A stretch of 64,000 bases of DNA from an uncultured Gemmatimonadales bacterium (lineage in GTDB: Bacteria > Gemmatimonadota > Gemmatimonadetes > Gemmatimonadales > Gemmatimonadaceae): the NCBI GenBank assembly GCA_963707505.1, contig CAVPQB010000004.1, positions 1,344,001-1,408,000 of the forward strand, read 5' to 3'. Made by a program: the position numbers and the translations under genes. Position 1 is the stretch's first letter; the number at the start of each line of letters is the position of its first letter. This document shows, one piece after another, positions 31,151 to 42,729 of this stretch. Below the pieces are notes generated by a model. That model was not told where the DNA came from and ran no database searches. It was given only the letters and a program-made list of their open reading frames with translations.

Positions 31151-31692
31151 TACTGCAGGCTGTTCCAGAGCGTGACTGTTTCCGGGAAGATGTGATTTCC
31201 CTCGCGCACCGTCCATTCGAGACGCATCCGCACCACCTGGCGAAACACCGTTTCGAACGACGTCGGGACCTGCAGCGAAAGAAAATACCTGTCCTGCTTC
31301 ATGAACTTTCGGCCAGGCTCCAGAAAATCGGCCATGTACAGCGCGCGGCCGACGACGCCCCAGCGCGCACTCCCGACGGTATGATAGCGAATCGCGTCGA
31401 GCACATCGGTGCGCTTCTCGCCGTGCTTTTCCAGTGTAATCGCCGCAGCGGGCCCGTGCAGCAGTCCGAACGGGCTTTCGTTGTCACCGGTTATCTCGCG
31501 CAACTCGGCTTCGGTCGCATCACGCAATGCATCGTGCAGTACGCCCGCATCGATGAACGCGCGCGCTTCCGCCGGCGGAAGCCGCATCGCCGCTGCCCAC
31601 GCATTGAGTAACGCGGTGACGCGTTGAATGTGCTCGGCGCGCTTTTCGCCCACGCGCGCCCAATCGGGAAGGTCCAGCGTCGAGCTGTGCAT
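31150..31692 (-). CDS. yqeK: YqeK-like HD hydrolase (Ap4A hydrolase family)
   Basis: RAEH, GVLHD, LLHG, AIRYHT, LYMADFLEPGR. Confidence 0.8.
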   Translation of the reverse strand: MHSSTLDLPDWARVGEKRAEHIQRVTALLNAWAAAMRLPPAEARAFIDAGVLHDALRDATEAELREITGDNESPFGLLHGPAAAITLEKHGEKRTDVLDAIRYHTVGSARWGVVGRALYMADFLEPGRKFMKQDRYFLSLQVPTSFETVFRQVVRMRLEWTVREGNHIFPETVTLWNSLQ

Positions 31693-31694
31693 TG

Positions 31695-32537
31695 TCAGAG
31701 TCTGATGTTGTCGATCAATCGAGTGCCACCGATCCGCGCCGCCACGAGTACCGAATCGCCGCTTGTCGCGACCGACGGCGTTGCAAAATCAGCTTCATTC
31801 ACCAGTGCGAAATAATCAACATCGAAGGCACCGTCCTCCGCCAGGACCGCGCTCCCTCTCGCTTCGATCGCCGACGGATCGGTATTACCGGCGTGGAACG
31901 TATCCTTTGCGGTGACCAGAGCTGCATGCAGCGCCGGTGCGTGGCGGCGTGCATCGGTGTCGAGGTAGCGGTTGCGACTGGAGAGCGCGAGTCCATCGCT
32001 TTCTCGCACCGTGTCGATTGCCGTAATGTGAACCGGAAAGTTCAGATCGGCGACCATTGTGCGGATCAGCGCCAGTTGCTGAAGGTCCTTCCGTCCAAAC
32101 ACCGCCACATCGGGCTGCACGATGTTGAACAGCTTCGCGACCACGGTGAGCACACCGGCGAAGTGACCGGGCCGAACGGCACCCTCGAAAAGCGCAGCGA
32201 ACGATGGAGGCGTTACGGTCGTCCGCGACGTGCTTCCCGCGTACATCTCGTCCGCCGTGGGCATGAAGACAAGCGTCGCACCGTGCTCGGCGAGCTTCGC
32301 CGAATCGCTCTCGGGCGTGCGCGGATAACGCGCAAGGTCCTCGTTCGGTCCGAACTGCAACGGGTTTACGAAGATGCTCACCGCGACCACGTCCGCAGTT
32401 TTCGCCGCGGCGTCGACAAGCGCGAGATGTCCCTCGTGCAGTGCCCCCATCGTCGGCACGAGCGCCACGCTCGCGCCGTTCGCGCGGAGCTCGCGCAAAC
32501 GCGCACGAATCCCGGTGATACTGCTCTCGATCAGCAT
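31695..32537 (-). CDS. panC: Pantothenate synthetase
   Basis: PTMGALHEGH, SIFVNPLQF, RPGHF, GLALSSRN, TRLIDN. Confidence 0.96.
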   Translation of the reverse strand: MLIESSITGIRARLRELRANGASVALVPTMGALHEGHLALVDAAAKTADVVAVSIFVNPLQFGPNEDLARYPRTPESDSAKLAEHGATLVFMPTADEMYAGSTSRTTVTPPSFAALFEGAVRPGHFAGVLTVVAKLFNIVQPDVAVFGRKDLQQLALIRTMVADLNFPVHITAIDTVRESDGLALSSRNRYLDTDARRHAPALHAALVTAKDTFHAGNTDPSAIEARGSAVLAEDGAFDVDYFALVNEADFATPSVATSGDSVLVAARIGGTRLIDNIRL

Positions 32538-32546
32538 GTGGTGTGT

Positions 32547-33359
32547 CTAGAAGCTCTGATCGGCGGACGGATAGCGATGCTCACGAACGTCGTCGCCGTA
32601 TGCGCGCACGGCGTCGCGTACCGTATCGGCGAGATTCGCGTAACGCTTGAGGAAACGGGGTGAGAACTCCTCGTTCATGCCGAGCATGTCGGGAAGCACC
32701 AGCACCTGACCGTCGCACCCCGGGCCAGCACCGATCCCGATCGTCGGAGCGCCCACGCTCGCCGTGATGCGCGCCGCCAGCTTTGCCGGCATCAGCTCCA
32801 GAACTATCGCGAAGGCGCCCGCCTCGTCCAATCGCTTCGCTTCGGCCAGAATGCGCTCCTCTTCTTCCGCTTCCCGTCCCTGCACTCGCACGCCGATTGC
32901 ATTCACCGATTGCGGCGTGAAGCCGATGTGTCCCATCACCGGGATTCCGATCTCGACAAGACGCGCGACTGTCGCGGCGATGTGCTCGTTACCGCCTTCC
33001 AGCTTCACAGCCTGCGCTCCAGTCTCGACGAGCAACCGTCCCGCATTCACGATCGCAGCGGCGGTATCGATCTGATATGTCAGGAATGGCATGTCGACAG
33101 TAACGAGTGCGCGGGAGACCCCACGACATACCGCTGCACCGTGGTAGATCATTTGATCCAATGTCACCGGCAGAGTCGATTCGAATCCCGCCACCACGTT
33201 GCCGGCGGAATCACCGACGAGCACGATGTCCACTCCAGCCTGATCTACGAGCCGGCCGAAGAGCACGTCGTACGCAGTGACGACGACGATCGGATCCTTG
33301 CCCTTGCGATCGCGAATGTCGCGAACCGTGACGGCGCGTGACGGTGGTGCGCTGCTCAA
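32547..33359 (-). CDS. panB: Ketopantoate hydroxymethyltransferase
   Basis: TAYD, LVGDS, VKLEGG, GHIGFTPQ, IGIGAG. Confidence 0.96.
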   Translation of the reverse strand: MSSAPPSRAVTVRDIRDRKGKDPIVVVTAYDVLFGRLVDQAGVDIVLVGDSAGNVVAGFESTLPVTLDQMIYHGAAVCRGVSRALVTVDMPFLTYQIDTAAAIVNAGRLLVETGAQAVKLEGGNEHIAATVARLVEIGIPVMGHIGFTPQSVNAIGVRVQGREAEEEERILAEAKRLDEAGAFAIVLELMPAKLAARITASVGAPTIGIGAGPGCDGQVLVLPDMLGMNEEFSPRFLKRYANLADTVRDAVRAYGDDVREHRYPSADQSF

Positions 33360-33805
33360 ATGGATACCTCTGCGAGCTCGGCAAGCTCTCGCTGCCAGAA
33401 GTCGCGGTTGTCGATTTCTATATGTGGCACCTGCAGCTCAGGCGAGCTCCAGGTGGTGTGCGCATACCTGACAATGTCCAAATCTATTGTGCGCGGCCCC
33501 CAGCGGACGGTCGAACGCGCCCACCCTCACGCTCCGCCTCGTGCAGCGCCGCGAGCAATTCGGGCGGCGACAGCGAGGTACGGATCGCGACCATCTGATT
33601 CAGATAGCGCCCCTGTGCAACGGGACCGATCGGCTCGGTTTCCTCGGCGCGGGTCACCGCCAGTATCGCGAACTCCTCGAATTCTGCCAATGCGTGTCAG
33701 GGCGTCGGACAGATGTTTTCGCCGGTCGCCCAGGTTGGAGCCGAGCGCGACGAAGGCGACGTCATCCATGACGGCATCCATGACGTCACGCGCGACGTCA
33801 TCCAT
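33356..33805 (-). CDS. folK: HPPK, split by apparent frameshifts
   Basis: VALGSNLGD, YLNQMV and WGPRTIDLDI...QVPH lie in different frames. Confidence 0.85.
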
Positions 33806-34149
33806 CTCGCTCGCGGGTGATCGAGACTTCGGCGTATTCCACCGGGCCGGGCAACGGCACATGCGGCTTTCTGATCGACACCGTGGCTGACCGGACACCT
33901 GCGACGCGCAGTGCAGCAGCCGCGACGCGCTCGGCCGCCTCTTCGAGATAGGCGATGTGACGCACGTTCATCACTTCTGCGACCGCGGTGTAAAGCGCGA
34001 CGTAGTCGACGACGTGCGGCGGGCGCACATTCTCATCCACCTTTACCGAGAAGATCGAGCTCAACCGGTTGCGGAAGCTGCGCCTCATGCGGTAACACTC
34101 CGACGCGCGAGTGAAAGCGCATTCCTCTGAGCGAAACAGTGTCGGACAT
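33798..34149 (-). CDS. folB: Dihydroneopterin aldolase, frameshifted
   Basis: LRGMRFHSRVGVLPHE, then VVDY...YLEE...IRKPHVP in another frame. Confidence 0.85.
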
Positions 34150-34151
34150 TC

Positions 34152-34957
34152 TCACCCTGCGTTGTCGATCCCAGCACGGAGGGACCGCGTGAGTGCGATC
34201 GCCGCATCAACGCTCGTTCCCGCCGCCCGGACGATCGCGCTTCCCACCACAACGCCGTCGGCGACAGCCGCAACAGCAGCGGCCTGACGTGCGTCCGTCA
34301 CACCGAAGCCGACGCAGATAGGCAACGTGGTGACCGAACGCAGACGCTCGACCGTAGCGCCAGGTTCCGGGGCGATCCGCTGCTGCATACCTGTGACGCC
34401 GAGCCGGCTGATGAGATAGACGAATCCGCTGCCATTCTGTGCGATGAGCTTCATTCGATCAACCGGAGTGGTTGGTGCGACGAGTCGGATGAATGCAAGC
34501 GGGCTGGCCGTAAAGCGAGCCTTCGAGCGGCGGATCTGCGCCCACCGGAAGGTCGGTAATCAGCAAGCCGTCGCATCCCGCCTTCACTATCCGATCCAGT
34601 GCGCCCTCGCCGGCAGCGAGAAACGGATTGAGATACCCGAACAGAACCACCGGAACGCCGAGAGCCGCTTCAGCGACGATTTCGAGCACGCCGCTGAATG
34701 TCGTGCCCGCGTCGAGCGCGATCTGCGAGCTTGCCTGAATGACCGCGCCCGTCAGCGAGCGGGTCGGAGAACGGCACGCCCACTTCAACTATGTCGGCGC
34801 CGGCGTCTTCCAGGCCGCGCAGCAAGGCTATCGAGCGAGCGCGGTCAGGATGTCCAGCTGTCGCGTAGCACACGAGCGCCTTTCTGCCCTGGTCGCGCAG
34901 AAGAGCGAACCGCTCGTCGATTCTGTTAGATGACGTAATCGCTAACCCTGATGCCAT
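34152..34957 (-). CDS. trpA: Tryptophan synthase alpha chain, frameshifted
   Basis: YATAGHP, EVGVPFSDPLADG, GYLNP, YLISRLGVTG, GFGV, ADGVVVGSA over three frames; start approximate. Confidence 0.88.
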
Positions 34958-36195
34958 ACCTGTCCGGATCTGCAGTCTTGATGATGGTGCGCGCAAACTG
35001 ACCATCGGGTCCGGTCGCCGCAAGGTCTGTCTCGATTGGCGGCTGCAGAAGATTACCACGTCCGTCGCTCACTACTACCACGCGCGGCCTCGACAACATC
35101 TCGGGATTCGGATTTGCGGCAAGCACGACCGCCAGCTCGAACGTGTCGAGCACGACGAGCGTTCCGGACGGGTAGATCCCGAGCAGCGTTATGAACGCCT
35201 TCACTACAACCGGATCGAGCCCGCGGCGTGGATTGTCACGCATCTCCTGCAGCACCGCTGACGGTGGATACGGCTTGGTCTGATATGAGCGCCTGCTCGT
35301 TGCACGTCATACGCGTCCGCCACCGCTCGATCCTGCTCGTCATCGCAATGGATCGCGGACGAATCACGCGAGGATAACCGGACAGGTCGCGGCGCATGTG
35401 ATGCTCGTGCGCGCTCACCATCGCACGATATGGAAGCTCCTGTTGCCCGCGCAGCTGAAACAGAGTGAGCATCCCCAGCCATGGATGCGCCGTGATGCGC
35501 CGCCAGTCGTCCTCGTCCAGCGCGGTGGACTTCTGGAGCAGGTCGGTCGGAACGCGCGACTTGCCGATGTCGTGCATCAGCGCGGCGACACCGAGCTCGT
35601 AGAGCTGCAGCTTCGTCATCCCAATTCGCTTGCCAAGAGCCACAGCAAAGATGCAGACGTTGACGGAGTGCGTGTACGTGTACTCGTCGTACTCACGGAG
35701 AGTCGTAAGTCCGATCAGCGACGCCTCTTCCGTCAACACCTCGTCCACGATGGTCTGCACTGCTCGCTTGATCTTCCGCGCGCTCGGCACGCGGCCCATG
35801 CGAACAGAGTTGATCACGTCCTTGGTGAGCGCGACCGACTGGGCATACGTACGCCGCGCCGCAGCCTTGGCGACCTCACGCTCCTCGATCTCTTCCTCCT
35901 CATCCGCGTGGGCGACTGCCTCGAACGCGTCCACTCCCGCGGCGCGCAAGCGGGTGACAAGCTCGTCCGCATCGCCCTGGCCGGTGGCGCCGACTGTCGC
36001 CAGCAATGTGAGCAGCGAGAACCATTCGCGTGGCGTCGCTTCACGCACCACACGCAGCGACCCGACACCAGCTGATCGAAACAGGTCCAGCACGCGACCG
36101 AAGCTTCCGGCATAATTGCTGAGATCCAGGCGCAAGCGCGTGCCGTTTACGAAGATGAACTCGCCGTGCACGCGCAGCTCGAGCTCGGAATCCAC
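34926..36195 (-). CDS. HD-GYP domain protein, 5'-truncated at junction and frameshifted
   Basis: YTHSVNV, HDIGK, HEHH..SGYP, LGIYPSGTLV. Confidence 0.85.
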
Positions 36196-36218
36196 GCTCC
36201 TGCATTCCGACGCTGTGG

Positions 36219-37544
36219 ATGCGCACCGCCGACATGCCCACGACCGACACGCGGGCGTACCGCGGCGGCAGCATCATCGCCGCCGTCGCGGCCGGGCTGG
36301 CGGTGTCGGTGAAACTGAACCTGCTGGCTCCGGTGGGGGCACTTACGCTCGCCGCGATCGCGTTGACCCCCCGCGGCCGGCGCGGGAGCGCGACCGGGTG
36401 GTGGATCGGGGGGCTGGTCCTCGCCGGTGGTTACTGGTATGCCCGTAACCTCATCGCGATCGGGAACCCGCTCCCGTGGTTCAGCTTCGGCGTACTGCCG
36501 ACACCTCACCCGCCGCCGCTGCAGCAGGGCAACTACTACTCCCTGGCCGACTACGCGACCTATCCCCGGATCCTCCGCCACTGGCTGATTCCGGCGTTGA
36601 ACATGAACCTCGGGCCGTGGTGGCCGGCGTTGGTCGCCGCCGCCGTGGTCGGTCCTCTCGTGTGTCTCTTCTCCACGCGCGACCGAGTGATCCTGGCGGC
36701 GGCTCTGATCGCCCTCGCCTCCCTGGTCGCCTACACCTTGACCCCGGTCACGGCGTGCGGGCCCTGGGGACATCCCTACTGCTTGATGTACTCCATACGG
36801 TACGCAGCTCCCGCACTGACGCTGGCGCTGGCCGTCACGCCGCTGGTCCTGCTGTTCAGGAGCCAGCTTGGCAGCTCGGCGGCGGCGGCCGGACTCACGA
36901 CGCTGTTCGTGGCCACGGTGGCCCTGCGCCGCCTATGGACGCCGCACTACAACCTGGGCGGAGCTGCCGCCGCCGTGGTCCTAGTCCTCGTGGTGGCGGT
37001 GATCGTGGTCCTCAGACCGTGGTCGCTGATCCCGCTCCGGCGCCCGCTCGTGCGCGCCACCGCCGCGACGCTGGCTCTCTCGCTCGTGCTGGGCGGGGTC
37101 GCACTGGGCTACTCGGGGACGCGGGATTACCTGAGGCACCGATATACCGACAAGTCCGGGCGGGTCGCCGTTTACAAGGTGTGGCGCTGGGCTCGGGGTC
37201 TGCACCACGCGCAAATCGCCCTGGTGGGCAGCTTCGGCTTCTTCTTCGGCTATCCCCTCTGGGGTCTCGACGATTCCAATCGCGTCGCGTACATGGGCCA
37301 GCGCGGTCCCCATGGCTCGTTCCGGCCCATCAACAGCTGTCGGGCCTGGCGCACGGCGCTGAACCGGGGGCACTACCAGTACGTGATCACCACCGCGCGC
37401 GCGATCACCTTCACCACGCGGCTCGTGCACTCGCCGGAGGTCGACTGGACCCGGACCGACCCCGCGGCGAGGCTGGTGCTCTCCCCGAGCTGGGCGATCC
37501 AGGTCTTCCGGCTCACCGGGCCACTCCACCCGGATCGCTGCTAA
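36219..37544 (+). CDS. Multipass membrane protein (possibly GT-C glycosyltransferase-like), 5'-incomplete
   Basis: AGLAVSVKLN, WYARN..GNP, many TM segments; begins at the junction. Confidence 0.6.
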   Translation: MRTADMPTTDTRAYRGGSIIAAVAAGLAVSVKLNLLAPVGALTLAAIALTPRGRRGSATGWWIGGLVLAGGYWYARNLIAIGNPLPWFSFGVLPTPHPPPLQQGNYYSLADYATYPRILRHWLIPALNMNLGPWWPALVAAAVVGPLVCLFSTRDRVILAAALIALASLVAYTLTPVTACGPWGHPYCLMYSIRYAAPALTLALAVTPLVLLFRSQLGSSAAAAGLTTLFVATVALRRLWTPHYNLGGAAAAVVLVLVVAVIVVLRPWSLIPLRRPLVRATAATLALSLVLGGVALGYSGTRDYLRHRYTDKSGRVAVYKVWRWARGLHHAQIALVGSFGFFFGYPLWGLDDSNRVAYMGQRGPHGSFRPINSCRAWRTALNRGHYQYVITTARAITFTTRLVHSPEVDWTRTDPAARLVLSPSWAIQVFRLTGPLHPDRC

Positions 37545-37550
37545 AGAAAC

Positions 37551-37655
37551 CTTGTGGACGAGGCGCAGGACTTCTCGGCGAACATGATCAGGGCGATATT
37601 GGGCCACCTCGCGCCCGATCACTCCGTCACGTTGTGCTCGACGCCGCACAACGTG
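37551..37655 (+). pseudogene. SF1 (UvrD-like) helicase fragment
   Basis: LVDEAQDFSANMIRAILGHL...(shift) VLDAAQR = motifs II and III only. Confidence 0.55.
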
Positions 37656-38020
37656 GTTCCATGAGTCGCTACGCCAATTCGGGCGACTTCCGAAGTAGGC
37701 ACGACACCAGAGCAGGACCCTCCCCGAGCCTGGTCCGGCACCTAGTCCACTCCAGCAGGCGGGCTACATCTCCTTGACGCCCGTGACCAGTACCAAACTG
37801 AGATTGACGACGCTGATGAGAAGCGCGCCGGCCGGGCTGACTAAGGTCTACGGGCTACGTCCTGCCGCCGCTCGCGGCACCTCACGACAGGTTGCCCTGT
37901 CAGCGACCGTGCGGACCGTGGAGCTGCGTGGTTTCGCCGACGCTTTGACGGATACCGGGCGATGGCACCGTCATGGCTAACACGGCTCGGCGGAGCGTCA
38001 CGGATGACCGGATGTCGGAC

Positions 38021-40040
38021 TCATGATGTTTGGGTTCTCGAGGAGCGCTCCGGCGACCGGCGTTGCCGGTCGTGGGTTTCTATTTGGATCTCGCCATTGG
38101 TCAGTGGCTGGTGCTCGGAGTCGTAGCCGTTGCTCAGGCGGATGCGGTAGCTGGCGCCCGAGCCGCGCTCCTCTCCGGCGGTGACGTCGACGCGCATGAA
38201 CACCGTTTCGTTGCGACTGAGTGTTGCGTGGGCGAAGATCGACGCATCGCGTCGGTCGGAACTGCAGGTGATCGCGTCGAGCCTGTTGACGCTGACCTTG
38301 ATTGGCTGCGCAGGTCCGCGGTCTCGATAGCTCAGAGCGCCGTCGAGCCAGGGGTGCTCGCGGGGCCCGTGGGCGTCGGCTGTCAGCCCGAAGCGTGCGC
38401 GGTCACCGTTGCCCGCAGTGATTGCCCCCTCGCCCTCGATCCGGCATCCGCGTGTGCTCGCGGGAACCGCAACGCCCACGGTCGTGTAGCCGACGCTCGT
38501 AGCGTGCGTACCGTCGCCATCGTAGCTGGCGGTGATCGTATCGAGCCCCCGGAGTCAGCGAGCTGTAGGTCATCGAGCAGGTGGCCGCTGACGTGCTGGT
38601 TGCTGACAGGATGCAGCTCGCGCCTGAGGGGAACGTCCCAGCGCCGCTGGTCGCGGCCGTGACCGTTCCCGTCGGGGCGCTTTGTGTGCCCGGGCTGTCG
38701 TCGGCGACCGCCGCCGTGCAGTTGCTCACGTCCCCGGGCGCGACCGCGTTTGGCGAACACGACACCGCGACCGTGGTCGCGCGCTTTCCCTGAATGGAGA
38801 TCGTTGCCCCGGAAGCGTCCGCTGATACGAGCGTGATCGCGAGGGTTCCCAGGGGGTCGCGGAACGTCGCTCCGATCGGCAGCGCCGCATCGTAGAAGTT
38901 CCCGGTCGTGTCGGGCGTCGTGTCGAGGAGATACGACCCCGGCGCGGCGAAACCCTCGTCGTCAGGACCTTGGAGCAGAATTCTGACCCCGGCGGTCGCT
39001 TGGGGGTACCCAGATAGCCAGGCGTCGACTCCGATAGCTTGGCGATATTCGACCCAGAAAGTCTCGCTGCCGTCCACCACCTTCACGGCATGCAAGGCCG
39101 CGCTCTGCTCTTCGAGCGGCGCGATGGTGTACCTCGATGGGCCAGTCGCAGTTGTTTCTCGGCTCCCCATCCAGCCGAGGTAGTCGCTTTGCATGGCGGT
39201 GAAGGACCCCGCGCTAGCAGGCCCGCCATTGTATGCTTGACCCATCACGTCGTAGGGGTCGCCGTATTCCTCGGGCAGTTGGTTAGCCGCCGGGCAAGGG
39301 GCATTGGGATCACCAAATGCGCTCGCGGCCAGGGTAACGCTGTTGTCGTAGCAAGGGTACGAGTGGGCGTGGCCGAGACCGAGAGTGTGGCCTAGCTCGT
39401 GAACTGTCACCCCGGTTGTCCCCATCGCGCCGTTGATCCAGATATTGGTACCGATCGTCCAGCCCGCCCAACCGCACGGGACGTTTGAAAAGTAGTACAT
39501 GACAACGTCGTAACCAGATGGGTTGTAGCCGGCCGCCTGGGCGGCACCGTTGGCCTCAGACTGAATGGTCGCCCGGAATGCATTCCCGCAACCGTCTGAA
39601 TCCAGTGGCGGCGTTGCGATCGCAAACCAACCGGTAGCTTGGGCTTTCCAGCCTGCAAACTGTCCGTAGGACACTGACTGATACCACGCCGTGTCGGTTG
39701 TTCCTATCTGTGTCTGCGCCTCTGATGTCGTCACACTGTCCGACGGTGCAGCGGGTGCGTACGTAACCCCGGAGGCCGGCGCTTGCGAGCCCCAGTCGGC
39801 GAGGATCACGAGAACGGTCCTGGCGGATGTCACTGCCGCACCCAGAGGCGCCAGTCCCTGCTGTAGCCGCGGAGAGACGGACCGAATTCCTGGGTCGACA
39901 GTTGTTGGTGTCCGCGGAGACAGCGACGCCTGAGCGCTTGACCCTACCGGGAGGTTCGATCCCGCGCGGGCGAGCGCAGCGGATCCGAAGAAAGTAACGG
40001 CTGCAAACGCGGCGGCGAACGCAATCCCCGGCGCCCGCAT
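38021..40040 (-). CDS. Secreted M11/M6-like zinc metalloprotease with C-terminal beta domains, frameshift near 38545
   Basis: Signal peptide, HELGHTLGLGH, EYGDPYDVMG Met-turn, WVEYR; last domain in ORF 38021-38479. Confidence 0.78.
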
Positions 40041-41067
40041 GTGGGTCCTCGGATAGTGCGCGACATTCGACGGTCGACCTCTAACCGGGACCATGGTGAG
40101 TCGGCAAGCACGACGGTTGATCATGTTTCAGCGCGCCTGCCGTCGGTCGCCGGCCCGCCGCGACACCTGGAGCGGCCGTCGTAGAGCGGAGAGCTGTCCG
40201 TGTCATACACAATGCGCTGCCGGCCGTCGCCACGAAACGGTGCGGCAGCCCGCCATGGGCAGCAAGTCGCCGCTGACGCGCATGCCCGTCCTGAGCCACC
40301 GTCGGTGACGGTGGTGAAACCGCTAAAGGTCCCGATTGCAGCGTTCTGCCGCATGGAGCCACCCCCGGCCCGTGCTGTCCCCTACTCTTCACCCAGCCCC
40401 TACTGCGCTATCTCGGGTCAAGCGCCTCTACCAAGGCTGACACCCGCTCACCTGCGGTCACCATGATAGACCCCGCTTGTCGCCGCGTCAACCCCGGGCC
40501 GCCCGACAGGTACTGCCGAGCGGAGCGATACGAAGGTACTGGCGCTCAAAGTAACCACCCGACGAGTAAGGAGCGATGAACACTAAGAGTCACCGTGATT
40601 ACGAACGCTCGAGCGCAGACGTGACGAACCCCGCGCGCCGGCCAGGTAGCAACAGACGACCGACCAGGGAACTACTAACCGCAGACGCCCTGCAGGAAGC
40701 AGCATGGAACAAGGGCATCCAACCCTATCCGGCGAGGAAGTGCATGTCGAGCGGCCCTGCATGCCACAACCGTGAAAGCAGCGGAGCGTCTGCGACTGCT
40801 CCTGGTGGCGCGGCGACTCACGCCTTTCATCTGTCTGCGCCATCCACCACCTCTCGTCGCGGCAGCCGATCGCAATCGCGGCCTACGGAGAAGTTCGCAT
40901 CGTTATGGGGCGGTCCGGAACGCCGGCGCTCGCCCCGCGGTATCGTCGCGGCACGGTTTGCGGTTTCGTGTTCATCGCCGCTCTGAGCGAAAGCAACAGG
41001 CCGTGCGGCGTGACCGGAGCAACTCATCGTCCTATCGCCGCTCCGTTGTTGGGTTGGCTGGTGGGTC

Positions 41068-41760
41068 TGACTGGAGCGCGTTCATCGGTCTACCTGCTGT
41101 GAGAGCTCGGCCGGTGTGATGGGTGTGCCACGGTAGCTGCCGCGGCGGTTGAGCCGCGGTGCGGTGGTCTCCTCAGCAGGATGCTTGCCTCCACGCGGTC
41201 CGAACGCGGCTGCCTGTCGGTCGCCGCCTGCCTGAGGAAGCCGGCAACGCCGCTCGACCCTTCCCCAGCCGCAGTTGCTGCGAATGCCCGCCGCGGCTGC
41301 CCGAGATGGGCGGCGAACGCGGCCGGGGTCATGATCTCACGCGCGTTGTGCAGGCGACGCTGGTTGGCGTCGATGCGCCAGTCCTCGGTCAGTACGCGCG
41401 CCGCTTGGAGGCAGGAGAAACACCTCGACGGCGAGGAGCTCGTCGCGGATGCGCCCGCCGAGCTCTCCACATATGAGTTCTGCCACGGCGAGCCGGGCTC
41501 GATATGCGCGCTCCCGAGCCTTCGCGAAGCGGCACAGTCCGGCGGGCGTGGGCGGTCATCTCCGGCCCGTTGTCGCAATGCAGGAACCCGGGGGTCCGGC
41601 GTTCGCCGACGACCCGGTCGAGCACATCGACAGGCTTACAGCGACCATCGCCGCCGCGGCCTCGCCCTGCGGGCTCGGCCTCGCCACGACGATCGCGCTG
41701 CTGCCTCAACCCACAAGCGGCCTCGTTTGAACCGACGCGGTTGACACCTTGTGGCCTGAT
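41068..41760 (-). mobile_element. IS3-family remnant (degraded integrase plus right end)
   Basis: CDNGPEM, IEPGSPWQNSYVES, DELL, EDWR across frameshifts; end reads CTCTCACAGCAGGTAGACCGATGAACG..TCA. Confidence 0.75.
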
Positions 41761-42729
41761 TTTCGACCGAGGCCAGTCGCCTATTTTTCGACAGGCCTCG
41801 CCAGTCAGACCCATCGCGGCGGGGCGGCTGCTATCCCAGCACGATTGCAATCACGTGCTCGTCGTGGACTGCGTCGCCTCTCCCCCTGCCATCCGATCGC
41901 CCCAAGCTACGTCGATCAGCGGCCCATGAGTTCCCGCGCTGGGAGGAGCCGGGCACGTCTCGCGGGCCACGGCGCGCCGCCTCCTCGCCAGACGCACAAC
42001 CAACAAGCGGTGGGGGCCGCTACAGTCGCCGCATGTTGAGGACCGGCGGCCTCACGTGCCGCTCGGCGCTCCTCTTCTGTCACAGTTGTTGAACCGCCCT
42101 CTACGACAACCTTCGGGTTTGTGACCCTCCGGTTATGAGAGGCTTCGAGGGGTCCAGCTAGGTGCTGATTTGCAGCGCTTTTGTGATTTTGCCTGAGCTT
42201 GCCCGAGGCTAGATTTTGCCGGTCTTGTTAGACGGTCTGCGACCGTCCCGGTGCGCTTCGGCGCCACAGCAAAGGAACTCGCTGTCCGCGCAAGCCAGGA
42301 GAGCCGGCGTCACGCCCGAGATGCTCGCGGCACCCGGAGAGCAGGTCTCTGCTGACCAATCGGTCGCTTCCCCAGCGCGGCCCTGCCGCTTCACGTCTCG
42401 AGCGGCAGTCTCGTCAAGACTGCCTGGGTTCGCGCGGTGATCGCATCCCGCGCCCGGGTCGAGGGACTTTGTAGGTTGTCCGGGTTCGGGGCGGGGAGCC
42501 CGTGAGGGCTCTTTCTGGGGTGGGAGATCGGGGGTCGTGTCGCTGAGCACCGCCGTCGATATCCGCGACGGGGTCGAGCGTTCGTCGCCATCTGTGGTGT
42601 TGCCTTCGCAAAGCGTCGGTGAGGGCGCGCCGCGGTCCCGGCCGCGATCCGGCATCCTGTCGGGCTAGGATCGTCGCCCTTGCCTCCCCCGTGATCGCGG
42701 CGCCCGCCCGCTCTGTGCCGCCGCTGCCG

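Noticed and set aside
33758..33805. Imperfect 12-bp tandem repeats (gacgtcatccat)
   Set aside because: Short coding repeat at the folK N-terminus; no spacers, not CRISPR.
33356..36195. Programmed frameshifting or true loss of folate/tryptophan genes
   Set aside because: Several scattered indels near an apparent contig break fit sequencing error better.
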